Shown one piece after another: positions 31,680 through 32,000 of a stretch of DNA of 32,000 bases; position 1 is the stretch's first letter; every line of letters begins with the position of its first letter. The position numbers and the translations under genes were made by a program. Below the pieces are notes generated by a model. The model worked only from the letters and a program-made list of their open reading frames with translations. It did no database searches and had not been told where the DNA came from. The DNA lies in NCBI RefSeq assembly GCF_000009965.1, contig NC_006624.1, forward strand, positions 1,980,001-2,012,000, given 5' to 3'. Source of the DNA: Thermococcus kodakarensis KOD1. GTDB taxonomy: Archaea; Methanobacteriota_B; Thermococci; Thermococcales; Thermococcaceae.

Positions 31680-32000
31680 ATACTCCTCTCCATCCCTTCT
31701 TTCGCAATCTCAACCAGATCCTCGGGCGTTAGGACTTCAACGCCCTCAGGCTTCCTTTCGAGAACGTTTTCGTCTGGAACCACCAAAATCCTCCTGCAGT
31801 CAAAGCGGTTGAGTTTCTCCTCTATTCTCCTCACTTCCTCCCTCTTAACTCTCTCCTTCCACTTGACCTCTCCAACCACTTCGAGCTTCTTGAAGCCCTG
31901 AAGAGCTATGTCAAGCTCCAAATCGGGCATTTCAATCCTCACAGGCCTCAGGCCGAGGCTCTTGGCCAAAAGCCCTTCAACGAAGGCCTCAACGTGCCTC
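31676..32000 (-). CDS. C-terminal part of an archaeal ATPase with a DUF234-type (restriction-endonuclease-like) domain. The gene continues beyond the right edge.
   Basis: The reading frame stays open to the window edge (...RHVEAFVEGLLAKSLGL...). The DUF234-like core is ELDIALQ...VVGEVKWKERV. The TTG given in the ORF track is not the true start. Confidence 0.6.
   Translation of the reverse strand, partial: RHVEAFVEGLLAKSLGLRPVRIEMPDLELDIALQGFKKLEVVGEVKWKERVKREEVRRIEEKLNRFDCRRILVVPDENVLERKPEGVEVLTPEDLVEIAKEGMERSI

Noticed and set aside
31389-31713. Minus-strand ORFs (91 aa and 67 aa) opposite the small plus-strand ORF
   Set aside because: Their composition is Arg/Pro/Ser/Leu-rich and non-coding-like. 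The plus-strand frame has host-like codon usage, so it is preferred, though with low confidence.

Overview
The window is a densely coding chromosomal segment from a hyperthermophilic euryarchaeon, almost certainly Thermococcales and probably a Thermococcus species. Evidence is AAG/GAG/AGG/ATA codon usage with G/C-rich third positions, GGTGA-type ribosome-binding sites, TTTATAAA-type TATA boxes, several apparently leaderless genes and many ATGA/TGATG start-stop overlaps. From memory, the gene order resembles the T. kodakarensis TK22xx region; I did not check this.

I support 29 protein-coding genes and one intein. I found no tRNA, rRNA, CRISPR array, transposase or integrase.

The core content, left to right, is:
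- pyrI (partial) and pyrB
- an HTH-ThiN protein translationally coupled to a YjbQ-family protein
- a COG2403 (cyclic 2,3-diphosphoglycerate synthetase-like) P-loop protein
- a LigB-family protein
- a long co-directional minus-strand array: herA, mre11, rad50, nurA, a FecCD/FepC-type ABC permease and ATPase, proteasome beta subunit, an HExxH protein and thrC
- an Ard1/RimI acetyltransferase and tRNA-splicing endonuclease EndA
- a DUF835 membrane protein and kbl
- RFC small subunit, split in its P-loop by a 540-aa LAGLIDADG intein, and RFC large subunit

The accessory-looking parts are:
- a visibly AT-richer single-gene islet encoding an orphan secreted protein (9077-10288)
- an AT-richer COG1373/DUF4143 ATPase whose promoter carries a perfect palindrome (6900-8215)
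- a right-end cluster of a second COG1373 ATPase, a small ORF and a DUF234-type ATPase (30062-32000)

I do not see a clear-cut new multi-gene system. The most interesting leads are:
- the HTH-like modules inside the RFC intein
- the ThiN/YjbQ coupling
- an unusually long convergent spacer with tandem TATA-plus-palindrome modules, a possible small RNA locus
- the orphan secreted gene with a duplicated initiation region
- the ATPase-nuclease cluster

All product calls come from my own motif recognition. No database searches were run.
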